A stretch of DNA of 64,000 nucleotides, taken from NCBI GenBank assembly GCA_036172245.1, contig JAYWIR010000011.1, positions 2,232,001 through 2,296,000 on the forward strand, in the 5' to 3' direction. The stretch comes from Raillietiella orientalis. Lineage: Eukaryota. The notes below the pieces were generated by a model. That model had not been told where the DNA came from and ran no database searches. It saw only the letters and a program-made list of their open reading frames with translations. Shown piece by piece: positions 38,601-51,373 of the stretch (position 1 is its first letter; each line of letters starts with the position of its first letter). A program made the position numbers and the translations under genes.

Positions 38601-40549
38601 AACGAGCGCGGTGGACGCGGGCGCCTCGGAGCCGGCCACCAGGAAAAGCGCCAGGGTTTGTGTGGAGCCGACGGACAGACGGTGGAGGAAGGGAGGGGGG
38701 AGCGGTGGCGCACCCTTCGCCAGAGCTCTTCAAAGGTTGGCGCTTCCGCCGACCTCCGAGTGCAGGAGGCACTTCTTGCAGTCGCTCTGTGGGGACCGAG
38801 GGCAGGCGAGAAGAGTCCTCGTGACCGGAGTTCCTCCAGCGGGAGCCCCTGGGACACTTGGGACTGCGAGCGGACGTCAGGCAGGAAGGACGCGCGGCGA
38901 TCTCACAGGGCAACGTCTTGGGTGACTCGGAACGAGAGAGCCAGCAGCTACTCGCGGTGGGAAGCAAGTTCAGAAGCGCCAGATGACTGGGAGGGAGCCG
39001 CGACTGCAAACGGATGGACGCAACTTGGCGGTCGCCCGTGAGTGTTTTCGAGGGATCGTTTCGGCAACCGCAAAGTGAATCGGGAAACGTGCCGATTTTT
39101 TTCCGTTTCTTCCTTGAGGATCGGCGGAAAAATCAACCATGAAATCCATGTTATTTGCGAAGGGAAATCACAAAGATGGAGTTTTTCAGGAGGAAAAAAA
39201 GATCATCAGTTCAGGATCCGTTCTGCAGATTACGCTTAGCTGTACACGTCATCATGCTCTTTCTCCGCTAACCAGCATACGGTCTCCGCGGACGGACAGC
39301 AGCTTATTGAACCACGGATTATCGATCACAAGAGCCTACACTGAAGTGGTCTCGGAAAATTCCGCCTACGTGCGCCTGCGGACATCTGCCTCCATCGTCA
39401 AGCACGCGGAGCCGCATGTGTTGTCCAGACATTCCGCAGAACGGTCGCCCCGCGAAATCCTTTCGGGACCAAGGGGGCTTCCGATCCATCCGTGGGGAAA
39501 AGGCTCGGTCCACGGCTTCGGCGAGCGCACGGAGACTCGTCGCGAGGGGGGAGGGGGGGGGGGGAACGAGAATCACCGCGTGCCTTTTTTTCGCACTGCG
39601 CAGGGGGCGAAATCGAGAAGACACCGAAAATGCCGCACTTTGGTCCACGCACACGCTGGCAACCCTGCACAGACTCGAAGAATGCCGGGCGGGCCAAGCT
39701 CGTAGCCGTGTGCCCGCCCGCTCCCGCGATTGTTGAAGCGACGTTTCCGTGACGACGGTCCCGGAGGGAAAGGGGCCTACGGCGAAGCAAGTCGGACTTC
39801 CGCCCCGCAGAGTTTCCGGCTGAGCTTCACCTCTTCTCCCACCCATTTTTGTGGGAACTCACGTGAAGAGTTTCGCAAATTTCAAGCGGCAGTTCGGAGC
39901 GCGGTGCAAAGGGACTCCATTCGAGTCCTCTGATTGACGCACGGACAACTCCCCCATCTTTCCGACGCCCACGTTTTGTATTCAGCGTTGCCAAACTCTC
40001 TCAAAGTGATTTATATACAGATCAAAATATAAATGACTTTGTATATCAGCAAGCGTGAAACGAAATTCGTATCGAATTGATACGAGATTTGTTTTTTTCT
40101 TTAACTGATACAAGAACTAAACCTGCTAACGTAACTAATAGAGAGGAAGATTCTCAAGAAAGACATCTTCTAATTTGAAACACGAAAGATCTTACAAATC
40201 CTACGGCTACAAATGTAGCAACCGTTATTCAAGTAAGCTTTTCAATGGCTGGTCCCAATTCCATGCAAAAGTCCCATTATTTCAGGCATGCAGGCTTAAG
40301 ATTCGATCCTAACAGACATTTTTGTGTTTCAGTAGGTTTTTTTTTTTTTAAAAAAAAAAAAAAAACCTACTTTTCCCTTCATCCTTTCATTCGTTTTTCC
40401 ATCTTTATTGCAGAGACACTGAGGTGTTGACATAGATCCACTAGTTCATCAACACTTTCCACGGTGCGGTGCCTTGTACTAATAAAAGGTGCTCCATGAT
40501 CTGTTGATTATTTGAAGAAGAAGAAAAAGAAGAAGAAAGGGGGGGAGAC

Positions 40550-41350
40550 GGATGTCTTCTCAGCTGTTCGCTGGAAATCTTCAAAACGATCATTTTTCAA
40601 GATGAATGTTGCATACAACCAGTCTTGAAATGAACCAGCCAGAAATAATTCACACTTTCAGGTATCCCATTCGAAAACCTTGGACTGCAGTTTGACATGA
40701 AACCGAACTGTGCCAATTAAAATCCAATATGCACCTAAACAGAATTTGCGAAGAAGAAAGGAAACCGAGTGAAACAAAGAGCGATCCAAAATATAGATGC
40801 CACTCGAAATCCTTCTACTCGAAACAGCGCGGTATGACCATGGTCCAAGAATCCGACTTTTCGGGGAGAGAAGGAATGCTTGGCAGGAAGAGAATCTGCT
40901 TACCGATTTTCTGATGAATCGAACGAGGGACCCAACTGAACGTTGGGAAAGAGTTCTTGAAAGATCGATTTCCCCTCGGGAAACGACATTAATAGTTAAT
41001 GTATCTGATTCATAGTGATTACGTGTAATTAGGCAGGATGCTAAACGAGTAGCTCGTCTCGGAAAGCTCTCGAATGCTGCAGTTCGGCTTCTGAGAACTC
41101 TGGTTGCGCTCGCATCGTCCGCACGGAAGTCCGTTTATTGGCAATGCTGGAGGTAAGGTGAAGTCGGCGAAGCGAGAAGACATCTCACTCGAGCAAAAGC
41201 AAAAAGTTTGCCCCCGGAGAACTTTCTTTCGCGCTCTCCGGGTCTCACACCCGCCGTTTCTGTACATATGGATAAAAATTTGCAAATTATCTGGAGTTGG
41301 CATAAAGAAGGTTTCTAAACAGTGCGAAACACAGAAATCAAGCGCTGACA
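40550..41350 (-). mobile_element. BEL/Pao LTR-retrotransposon remnant (RNase H region)
   Basis: Traces SSRFA..LPPALPINGLPCG (cf. SRVAP..SIPRLELCG), YESDT and WVPS..SEN..AD..DHG in the correct order; disrupted. Confidence 0.45.
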
Positions 41351-42289
41351 CCTACATCGACTTGCTGGTTAACTGACTTTATCCCACAGAAGTTCCTCCA
41401 CGCACGAGAAGATGGCGAGGGAGGAAGAAGCAATCCAACAGCAGCGAACGATTTCAGTTTTTCAAACTCTAGCATCATACTGTTCCACAAGAAGGGATTT
41501 CTACAAATCAGTTTTACGTATAAAACAAGCGGAAAAACGGGAGCAAAACTGCCGACGTCTATGTGGCCAAGGAGGGAAACTACGGAAAACGTCGATTCCT
41601 CATTTTCATGCATCTTTCCCGTTCCGTGTTTGAACTGTTTTTCTTTCGATTTTGAAGGTTTTCCCAAAGCGACACATTCGTGCCGTCAGTGTTCTCAACA
41701 GTGTGGAACGATTTTGATGAACGGCACGCCCAAGAAAATGAATTTTCCTTCTTCTTCATTGAATTAACATATTAGCACCCAGTCTCATGTAACCCAACAG
41801 ATCTTAAACTACATCTGTGTGAGGTACCTGAAGAATTTTGCATCATTATTCCCCACTATTATTTATTATTCATTAAGATTAATCGAACAGTTTGCCAACA
41901 GTTTCCACTCTAAACAAAAACAAAGAAAGCAAAAAAAAAATCAGCCTTGTGTGCCTTACGCACTCCTAAAAGTGAGAGATTTCCATTCATTACATGTGAT
42001 TCACACTGCAACCATTTGAACCAGCAACAGCTAGACTCCTCCCAAGCAGCAACAACAACCAAAGAAATTACGGGGGCGAAATCTTGCGAATGGGACGACT
42101 GAGTGAAGAGGTGCGACTCTCTCGGTGCTGCAGCATCGCAGCGGAAAAATCTGTGCTACCATCACATGATGTCACTTCCCATGCTGAACCGATGAATGAT
42201 ATGACGATAGCACGTCACTCCCGAGAGCGGTCCCTCTTGATTCAGGGTCGAGCCAAGCACATTGTTGTGTGAGCTCAGACTTCACAATT

Positions 42290-42650
42290 GTTGAGTGGTT
42301 GCAAATTATTGTTGCCATCGATTGTTGTGAGCATAAACATCATTGTTGCGGATACAATTTCCGATTTCCGTGTTTGGGAACACAGACGTGCGGATGAGAA
42401 GACACAGCAGGTTATCCAGGACCGACATCCATCAGCAGTTCGTAGTTTGTTCAACACTGAGAACTGCAAAAATTCTACGCAGCTGCTTGCTGACGTAACG
42501 AAACGTCGAGACCCGGGCGAATGTTGGAAAAACTACGGACGGATACTCCTCAGTCATTCTTTTCGAGATCTGCTGAGGAGTTGTCCAAAAAATGCCTCCA
42601 ACCAATGTCTCGAACGCTGGATCAAGGAATGGAAAACGAACTTTGAGTAA
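42290..42650 (+). mobile_element. Possible mariner-like transposase 3' remnant
   Basis: VIQD... and a terminal CLERWIKEWKTNFE* resemble the end of mariner/Tc1 transposases. Confidence 0.35.
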
Positions 42651-42874
42651 GGTGGTGCTGGCGTGGCGCCCGCGTCGGAGGCTTTGTGGTTGAGGCTTCC
42701 GCGCGTGGCGCCATGCGTCGCGGGTTCGAATACTCCGGCAGAAACTGACGCCACTGCGTCGTTGCGTTCCGAGTCTCTCCTGCAAGATGGCGCTGGTTGG
42801 CCGAGACATTCGGGAGTGGCACGGTGGTCGTTTAAGCCGGAGGCCCCCGATGAAGACCGGAACAATGGGAGTCG

Positions 42875-43500
42875 ACCTTCGACCTTCGGGTCCTTCCAGG
42901 AATCAAGGAGTGGGGAATTCCCCCTCCGGTCGTACAACGGAGAGCGGACCCCCTACACCGGGGGTACCCTTCCGGTTGGTTTCAACATGGAGCAGAGCCC
43001 TCACGGGCACCTCTCCTAGTTGTTCAGATGGAGCGGACCTCCCTTGTTGCTGGGGTGCCTCCGAGTCGTCGCCTCTTCACAGAGTGCACAAGGAAGCAAG
43101 CGAAAGCGATTCCCTGCGGGAAGCTGCAGCGCCCCTTCTGAATTTCGGAAGCGTCCCTTCGGGGTTCTCTTCAGAGGAGTGAATAAAGGAGCGGTTCCCT
43201 TGCGGGTTCCCTCCGGAGAAGAAATTCCTACAAGCGGATCCTTTCCGGATTCCCTTCGGAGAAGTTGAAATGACAGCCCCCCTCCCCATTGGAAGGGGGG
43301 GGGTGTCCCTCCGGAGAGAATGAGGAAGGAGATTCCCTTCGGGGTTCCCCTTCGGAGACAACCAGGGTGGGAGGTGCGATCTCCCCCATCCGGGGAGGAT
43401 TCCTCCCCAAGCGTGAGAGGAACGGACTCCGAGCCCTTCCTGGATTCATAGGGCGGATCCATCCCTATCCCGGGGTGCCCCCTATCCTGAAGAATTACAC
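42875..43500 (+). repeat. Degenerate GC-rich minisatellite of about 42-50-nt units containing hairpin motifs
   Basis: Recurring GxTCCCTT(C)GGGGTTCCCT(T/C)CGGAGAAG-like units near 43153, 43195, 43237 and 43331, plus more decayed copies on both sides. Confidence 0.65.
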
Positions 43501-43719
43501 GCTCCCCTGTGGGTTGTCGCAGGAGAGAGGCGTGGAAACAGAACAGTGTGTTTGAAGAGCCAGTGCGCCGCGAGGCACGCGACCGGCTCTTGAGGTACTT
43601 AGAGAATCAAAAAGAAAACTCTAAAAAAAATAAAAGCTGGAAGGAAAACAGCGAAGACAGAAGAAAAAGAAGAACCCAAGGATTTCTATCATCCCAATAC
43701 TCTTCCCAATACCTGCTGT

Positions 43720-44480
43720 TCGGGTGTAGAATGGTCATTCTGAATTGTGCATACAAACGATTTATCATATCTTCTAACGCGTACCATACCTCTTGAATGA
43801 GGCCGAAAATGCATTATTTAATGTATTCCCCAAAATCTGAGATCAGTGACAAGTTCAATCAATGGAGGAGCAAAATTAAGCACGAGCACCTAAGTAAACT
43901 CGTTTTTATTTATGAATGCACTATGCATGTTCTCTCTTCTCGATTCAGTTCTCGTGAGGTCACAGCAAAAAGAAACATGCCTGCACGCGCAACTTGCAAA
44001 GACCATCAGATGCCAAAAGCAAAGTCACTGGGAGAGGAATCAGTATACCTTTCATCAAGCAGGTACTGAGATGACGCGAAGAAAACAAGTGATAACAACA
44101 TGAATGTATCCACACTGCATCCCATGCTATCAAGATGACCTGTGGCGTACTGTCATACCGAAGGGGGTGAGCGAGTTCTCACTTCTTGTGCGTTTCCTTT
44201 TCAGAAAGAAAAGCCAAGTCACTGGAGCCACAAATGTCGAAATCGTGGTTTCTAAAAACATCTGTCGAGCAGTTATTATATTTACAGATTAGGTTATTGA
44301 CTGCCTTCGTCGATATGGACTCTACACGAAGCGCCTCCTCCAAAGCATGCAGTCCATACATTTCCAAAATTAATGATTTTTCCACCTCTACGTTTTTTGA
44401 AAGCGACTCTCAGTTGATTACCTCTCACCAAACACCACGTAATGTATCCGTGATGCACGGTGTGCTCGTAATCGCACTGC
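43720..44480 (-). mobile_element. Tc1-like transposase remnant
   Basis: RRGG..VWTACFGGG..VHIDEG, SRELNRRENM (cf. SPDLNPIENxW) and IQEVWYALEDMINRL are collinear with a Tc1 DDE domain; multiple stops. Confidence 0.55.
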
Positions 44481-47400
44481 CTCCTAGACGCCGCGTGAAA
44501 CGTGTCTAATCGAAAACGAAAAGTTACACGGCGAGCAGGTTTGCCAAGTGCAGGGGGCACTTTTTGCGACGGCGTTAACGTGCCGAGAAGGGGGACTGGG
44601 TCTCCTTGCGGAAAACTGACTTATCGGATGGATGGCGACCTCATGGCCTGAGAATTTCTCCCCGCTCTGCGAGCTGCAATCCCATGCATCCGATTCCGCT
44701 GCTCCTCCAGGACGTGGAGAAGAAGCCGGATTCCCTCCTCGCTCCTCCAAACAGGGAAATTTCGATTTTCAGGTAGAATTGCTTCTTTGTCGACGTTTCG
44801 GCGCAGCTGATACATCTGAATGGTTTTCCTATCCGTTGAATAAAAACCTCCGCGATCGCAGCTGCTAACGTTCCGCGAGGCTCCATCAAATACATCTTCA
44901 TGCATTGATTTCACTCCCTGCGTCTTTGTGACTCTCTTCCGCTTTGTTCCCCACTGCTTGCCTTTTACATGGGGGACGAGGCGCAGAGCTGCTCCTTCGT
45001 ACAGCGAATAAGCATCATCGCCTCGCTCTCTTCCAGCCTCGCAGCTCTTCCTTGGTCGGAACTTCCGCTCGGCCCGTGCACCGTGTCGCATTTCGCAGCG
45101 CTCTTCGCGCGCACGTGGACCCCTCGTGGTCGCTGTGCAGCTCCTGCGAGCGGGTCCGCTTTACGAATCGCTTCCAAGCCTACGCTCCCGACTTCCCGGA
45201 ACCGACGCTTTTTTTGCGATCAGCTCGGGAAAGCCGGGAGTGGCGGACCGTGGCTGTTGATTGCGACCACGCGTGCGAAAACAGCGAGGCTCGGGGCTAC
45301 TCCGTATGCCGCGCACGGGACGGCACGCAGGGACGAGTTATCGGCAGGAAAACAGGAAGAGGGGGGGGGAAAAAAAAACAGGAAATCGTTCCCGCCGGCT
45401 GTTTCTTTTTTTTCCTGGGCTGCTGCAAGATGAGGGGAGGCACATGAAGTTCGCCAGCAGTTCCGTCCTTCGCAGATTCTTGCACGTTTCGTTTCTGGGG
45501 GAGTCGAAGGACGTTCGGGCGTTTGGAGTTCTCGGGGAATTCGCGACCGCGGCGACGTCCAGCAGTGAGATCCACAGGAATCGGCATGGAAATTCCGAAG
45601 ATGCAGGAGGACAGAAGGCTTTCTTCTCCCCGGTGACGAACGGAAAGCTTGGTCACCGGAGGAAACTCGACCGTCACTCCCAACGATACAGAAGCCTTCC
45701 ATCGGGCAGCAGCTGTCCGACGGTCGCAGCTGCTCCGACCAGTGCTGCTGACCAGGTTCGACGTCCGGCCGGGAACCGGGCGCCCGCCCATCTGGGACGC
45801 ACGAGTTTTCCTTCTTTTCGAGCATCACTTCACGTATGGACCGCAGTCTGTTCACCGGGACAGTTTGCCGGAGGAGCAGTCGCGCGCTGCCCATCCCATC
45901 CTACGTGAGGGGAAAGCGCAAAGCGAACCAGGACGGGATCCTGGACGAGGAGGCGAACACATAGCGGTGTTTTTTGCGATCCTGGTGGCACCCACGGAGC
46001 TCGGCTGAGGAAGCGACCAAGGTCTCAGCTTTCAATCGATGCGAATGGACAGCGTGGCTCGCAATGAACACGAAATGAGGGATAATTGCAGTAAATAACG
46101 ATGTCTTGGAAAGCAGCAGCTCTTAACGGCGAGGGCACGGCGAGGGTTAAGCCCCCGGAAGCCGCATCCATTGGTGCATACGGCGAAACGGGAGTTGCCA
46201 TGGGAACTCGTGATTTGCGCCCCGTGTGCAATGCAATCCTCATGGTGGGTGCTTGGGTCACCTTTTCGCAAGCGCACACGCAGTAGTCCCTCCCTCCCCT
46301 CCCCCCGGTTTGGGGTCGATTCGAGGGCTCTGGCTATGTTTTTCGATTCCCTGCAGCTGGCGACGCGCAAATCCAAATCCATCGCATACCACAGAGCAGG
46401 AAGCGTGGTCGATTCCTTTACACAGTATTCCTCAAATCCCAGCTCAGTTAACAACCGCTTTCATCCCAATAGGTGTTTGAGCGTGGTCGAACGTTCTCGA
46501 GAATCACCACTTTGGCCCCGAATCCAATAAACGGTTTGAGAGGCGCGCCGTAAATTGCTGTTCGAATCCTTGAAGTATTCCGTTCCTCGTAGGATAAAAC
46601 TCTTTCGTTCCTTCCTTTCGGATCAGACAAACTGCCTCTAACTTGTTGAAATTCAAGCAAGGATTCATTGGATCCTTTTGGCTTGCGTGCTGGGATTCTA
46701 CCTCAGGTTCCCTGATCTCGGATGAGAAAACGATAAGAAATTACAAACACATCATGGTTTGGTAACCACAGCACGCTAAGCGACTTGGGGGGAATGCCTG
46801 GGTCGGTTCCCGAAGACGGGTTCGGCAAAACGGAAAAATCGTGCTTTTTGAAAGCTTAGCCCGGGGGGCCAAACAGCGGGCCACTTTTGATCAGTGGTGA
46901 TCTGGAGTCGGACCTTTTCTTCGTATTCATCCCCAAACCATTATTTTGTCTTATACCTTTGGGAAGGGCAGTGGGAAATCCCGCTGTGTAACTTCCATCC
47001 GCAGAAGTATTTGGAACGTTTCCCCATGCCAGTTTCTCGCGAAAGCCGGTATTTTTCTTTCTTTCTTTTTTTTTAAAAAAAATGTAATGAAATAGAAGAA
47101 AAACAGAGAGAGAGAGAGAGAGCTAAATCAGAACTGTTTGTCTCACAAAAACAGTTCCATGTTCCGTACCGTAAACATGGCTCGCCGTTTCGTCATCCGT
47201 TGAGACTTGATGGATGAAACTATTCAGACGTACACGAAAATAAAATAGAAAGAAACCGATTGATTTAGATTCGGGATAGAAGCAAGTTTGCAAAATTAAT
47301 AAAGTGGGGATGAAGCCTGAGGCACCGAGATACCATTTAGGGAGGATCTGAGCCCCGAGTGGTAGCAACCACTAAAACCTAACTGCATGGATGAGACCCG

Positions 47401-47799
47401 TTCGATGCCCCGTTGTCAGGAATTTCGGAGAAAGCCAGCTAGAGAAGGCAGCCTCTACGAAATCAAATTAGGATCCATCCGAACCGCGTCAAAGAATCAA
47501 AGGATGGAAGGAAAAAATCATCATTCCCCAGAGAAAAGCACCGACACGGGTTGGTGTTACCAGCAAATAAGGACGAATCGTTCAAAGTGGGCGAGCAGAG
47601 CCGGACCTCTCAACATGTTCGGTTTCACTCGTAATGACACCTCGACAGAAATCATCATCATTCCGTCATACCGTACATTTCCAAGCAAAGCACTTGCAGA
47701 ACCGTTTTCCCTGCTTTCGGTCTCTTTGGGAGGAAACCCAAAGTCACACGCAGATCGCGAAGATGAAGGAAACATAATTCGTACTTACAAGCAGCATTT

Positions 47800-48290
47800 T
47801 TTTCAGCAGACGCGGGCTGAAATAATTCCGAAAGATGCAACACGAGCACGAGAAGAATATTCGGATCCCATCTACATCTTGGACCTGGTGATCTTTCGCT
47901 CATATCTGGAATGCTTTGCCTGCAGATGGCTTTTTGGATGCAATATGCTCTAACACATCTCCGGATCAGAAAGTACTGCTCGAACTGTGAAACCTAATTC
48001 TTGGGCTGCAGTTTTCACACATGAGAACAAAAATCTTGACTCGAGTAACTAAACAGTATTTCCATCAGCATCCTTTGAAGGCTTTTCTAAAATAACATAA
48101 TCACTTTTTACGGCTTCGGCTGCATACCCGAGTGGAGAAGGCAGAACGCATACACTGATATACAGTATTGATCACGGAAACAATAATTGTGCCATCTAAC
48201 GAAAGAGTAGAGAATTCTTTTGGGACGTTTAAAGGCTCCACGTCCAGGATGTTAGACATTTGCTGTGTTATTTTATAGAAGGACACTGAC
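47800..48290 (-). mobile_element. Possible MULE transposase remnant
   Basis: SLDGT, ELGFTVRAVLSDPE and IQKAI..PD resemble the MULE DDE core; degenerate. Confidence 0.35.
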
Positions 48291-48999
48291 TTGGGTATTT
48301 AGATTGGTCATCTAAAAATAGTAACGCTTACTGTTAAATTGACTTTCTTTAATGCCGAACATGTGATAAAACTCGATGACCAACTATTCCGTTGCCATCC
48401 CAGCCAGGAGGAAATTAGGTGGCTCGAAAAAAAAAAAAAATTACTTACACAAGAGTGTCAATGAAGGATTTATTAGCTTTCACTGATAAACTAAATTCCA
48501 TTAACCTACAAAGCCTAGGTAAAGATCTGCCCCTTGCTCGCGATAAGAAACACGCGTACCTCATCGGAATTTATTCTCTGAGCAATTTCTGCAGATTAAA
48601 TTGTACTTTCCTGCGTTTGTTTTGACTTGCGATGGTAACAGTGATAAGATGAGCCATCTCGGATGCACTTTTTAGATCTTTGAAGAGCACCTCATGAGTT
48701 CGGTTGAAGTAATTAGTAATATGCAGAATACTCTTATTGAAAAGTAAGTGAACCACTACAACAAGAAGAATAACTGGAAAAGAAAACTGGATTTGCTCCA
48801 TCGGTCTGCATGCCTTCCAGCGAATTTACCAACAGGCATGCTGCAGCGTGGTGCACGACGCTTTTCGTTGCGTTGTGGATCTGATGTTCTTCCTCCTGTC
48901 TCCAGAACGGATCATTCCGTTTGCCACCGCCTGCACCAAACTCACCACCGAATCCTCAAAGTGTGCACTTGTTTCCAACTTTCGCAGCGGAAGGGAGAA

Positions 49000-50600
49000 A
49001 AGGGGACTGCCCTTTTCACCCTCCGCCTTTTTTCCTTCCTTGTTGACTTAGTTGACCAATATACTTCCATAAACTGTTCCAAGGGTTAGGCCAAATATTT
49101 AATGTGTTCGCATTCTTCAAAAAACGCAGAAACCGCTGTTTGCGAAAAGAATCGGCCCGCGCGGTCACAGCGAAAGAACCCTTCGCGTCCACAAGCACAC
49201 CGAGAGCATCTCTGCAGACTCTTTTCCAAATGGTAAGTCTTGTGAGCCCCCTGATTTCTGCGGCGAGCGAGAACGCATCTGCTCCGCTGCGAGTTTTTGT
49301 CTTTCCTTTCCTTTATTGTGGTGGTTCAGCAGGCACTCGTTTGGCGGTTCCAGACCTGCTGCGAAGAGAATCATCGGGAACTGTGCAGTTCCTTGAAAGG
49401 GCGGATGGATCGGGCGGCCTGGTGCGAGGGGCCATGCCTGGCATCGCGAACGGGGCCACAGAGAGGGGACACCAAAGCGAACAGCCCCCTTGGCAACATC
49501 CCGTAGCCAGGGTGATGCAGCGGCACCCTCTTGGCGTAAAACTATATCCCGAAGCTGTCCGTCTCGACACGTAGGATTGCGGGTTCCAGCGAATGTCCAT
49601 CAACCAGCCCGAGCACCAGAAATCCACTCGAGTAACCGAGCCTGAGAAGGGGATGAAGAAGATCTTTCTGAACGTGACGCTGTGTCACTGCTTGGTCGCA
49701 GCAGCATCGTTCGCTCCCAAGCCATGGATGTGCAGAAATTTTTGGAAAGCACCACCGGGAGGAAGATTCTCCGCAGCGCACCAAGCGAGTCCTCCGTGGA
49801 ACTCTCGGAACGAAGCCGTCTTTTCCCTTTCCTGGCAAAACGTCTCACTTCGACGGGCAGTTCCGGTCCGCCGGACATGAAGTCACGTGCCCTTGCATAC
49901 TCTTCCTCTACCCTCTGCACAGCATCAAACGCATCCTACATTCGGTCCACGCGAAGATGGAAGAACCCGAGGGTGCGGACAACTGGGGTTACTGTGGAGA
50001 TTCTGCACAGAAGCAACACCTCGATTCTCCAGTTCGCCGTGGTGCACTCCACTTGTTCTCCAAATGAAGTCGAGGGACGTCAAACGAACTGTGCTTATCC
50101 TATAGGATGTTCCGCCCTCCGACGCAGAACTTCCGGATGTGTGTCCATCGCGCTGTGAAGTTTGCAGTTCCTTCGGGAGAAACTCCACATAAGATGCTCA
50201 CGCACGGGCACGGAAAAAAAAACATCCTTGTTAGACCTGAAAAGCGTTCCTTCCGCGGCTGCACAGAACTTGCGAACCATTACGGTCACTTTCGCCGCAT
50301 GGCGGAATCGCGCGCGTGCTGTTCGCAGACAGCGTTCTTCAGCACGTTCATTCTGCTCTGCTGGAGTGGGCTCAGTAAACATACAGCCGTCATCCATTCT
50401 ATCCCAAGCGCCGCAAGCTTTCGGCAGGTGCTTCGCAGCAGCACTTCCAACATGCGACAGACAACTTCGAGATTTCTGCTCTGCGACCTTTCCGAATGTT
50501 GCAATGGGATTCTTTCTTGAGGGGCACCAAAGTTCACTATTCAGATTTCCCTGCTTCTCCAAGGGTGATCAGGATCCGATATTCCAGCAATCGGCGATGA
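49000..50600 (-). mobile_element. Copia LTR-retrotransposon remnant (integrase then RT)
   Basis: LGIEW, PTPAEQNERAE..ARARFRHAAK..RKFCAAA (integrase) precede VEEEY..ELP, QAARS and QLSQ (RT). Integrase before RT is the Copia order. Confidence 0.6.
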
Positions 50601-51373
50601 ACACCTTCCTTTGACAACAAGGTGCATTTTCAGCAGCCTTCACTTACCCTTCCAGGAAACTTCCCCTTGATATACAGCATGACCTTAGAATTCGAAGTGC
50701 GCACTTTTTACCGTGGCACTAAGTACCACACCACACCCTTTTTTTTTTTTTCCCAGCTTTTTTTTACACTGGCAATTCTGACTGGGATGAACTTTCGCTG
50801 TAGATTGATCGGTTTGATTCATCAAGTGCGACTTTTAATCTGAGAAACGATTTTTATATGTGCTCAAAATGGATACTTTCTCTCGTGTAACCTCTCAGCA
50901 CGCTACTATTCACTCCCAATCGCTTATCTGCTACTACAAACTAACCATCTTACCTTTTGGAGACTTAGCTTTCGAATTAGTTTTCGATACCTAGGTCACA
51001 AAAAAGAAATTTTCTATATACGTGGTTTTTCTGTTCCGAAACATTAAAAAAAAAAAAAAAAAGTGCCTTAACAAAGTGATTTGAACATCCTGAATTACCA
51101 GGTGTTCATTCCATGAATATTTCGGTGTTTCTTTCAGTTTGGCATGGTCGATGGTAGTATAACTGAAATGTTTAGTAAATAAGCATATAGGCAGCATCTC
51201 AAAGACGTGTTACAATAGGCCAGTTTTTATTTTTTGTTTTTACATGATGAACACGAAGACTTTTTTTTATATAAAAATGTAAAATCGGTTCCTTATACAA
51301 AAATTTCGAAGTAATGAACTAAAATACATGGTGCATCAAACTTTACAGAACAGGTCTGTATGTCATTAGCATT

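Noticed and set aside
26300..39900. Many long overlapping ORFs (up to 600 aa) in all six frames
   Set aside because: Arg/Pro/Gly/Ala-rich translations are expected from stop-codon scarcity in very GC-rich DNA. Only the short loaf exons show protein homology and splice signals.
42875..43500. CRISPR-like repeat-spacer array
   Set aside because: Units are degenerate and irregularly spaced, the context is eukaryotic and there are no cas genes.
45990..46130. Candidate signal-peptide exon of loaf (SLFTAIIPHFVFIASHAVHS..., phase-1 GTGGGT donor)
   Set aside because: No in-frame ATG or convincing acceptor and no homology support, so it is left unassigned.
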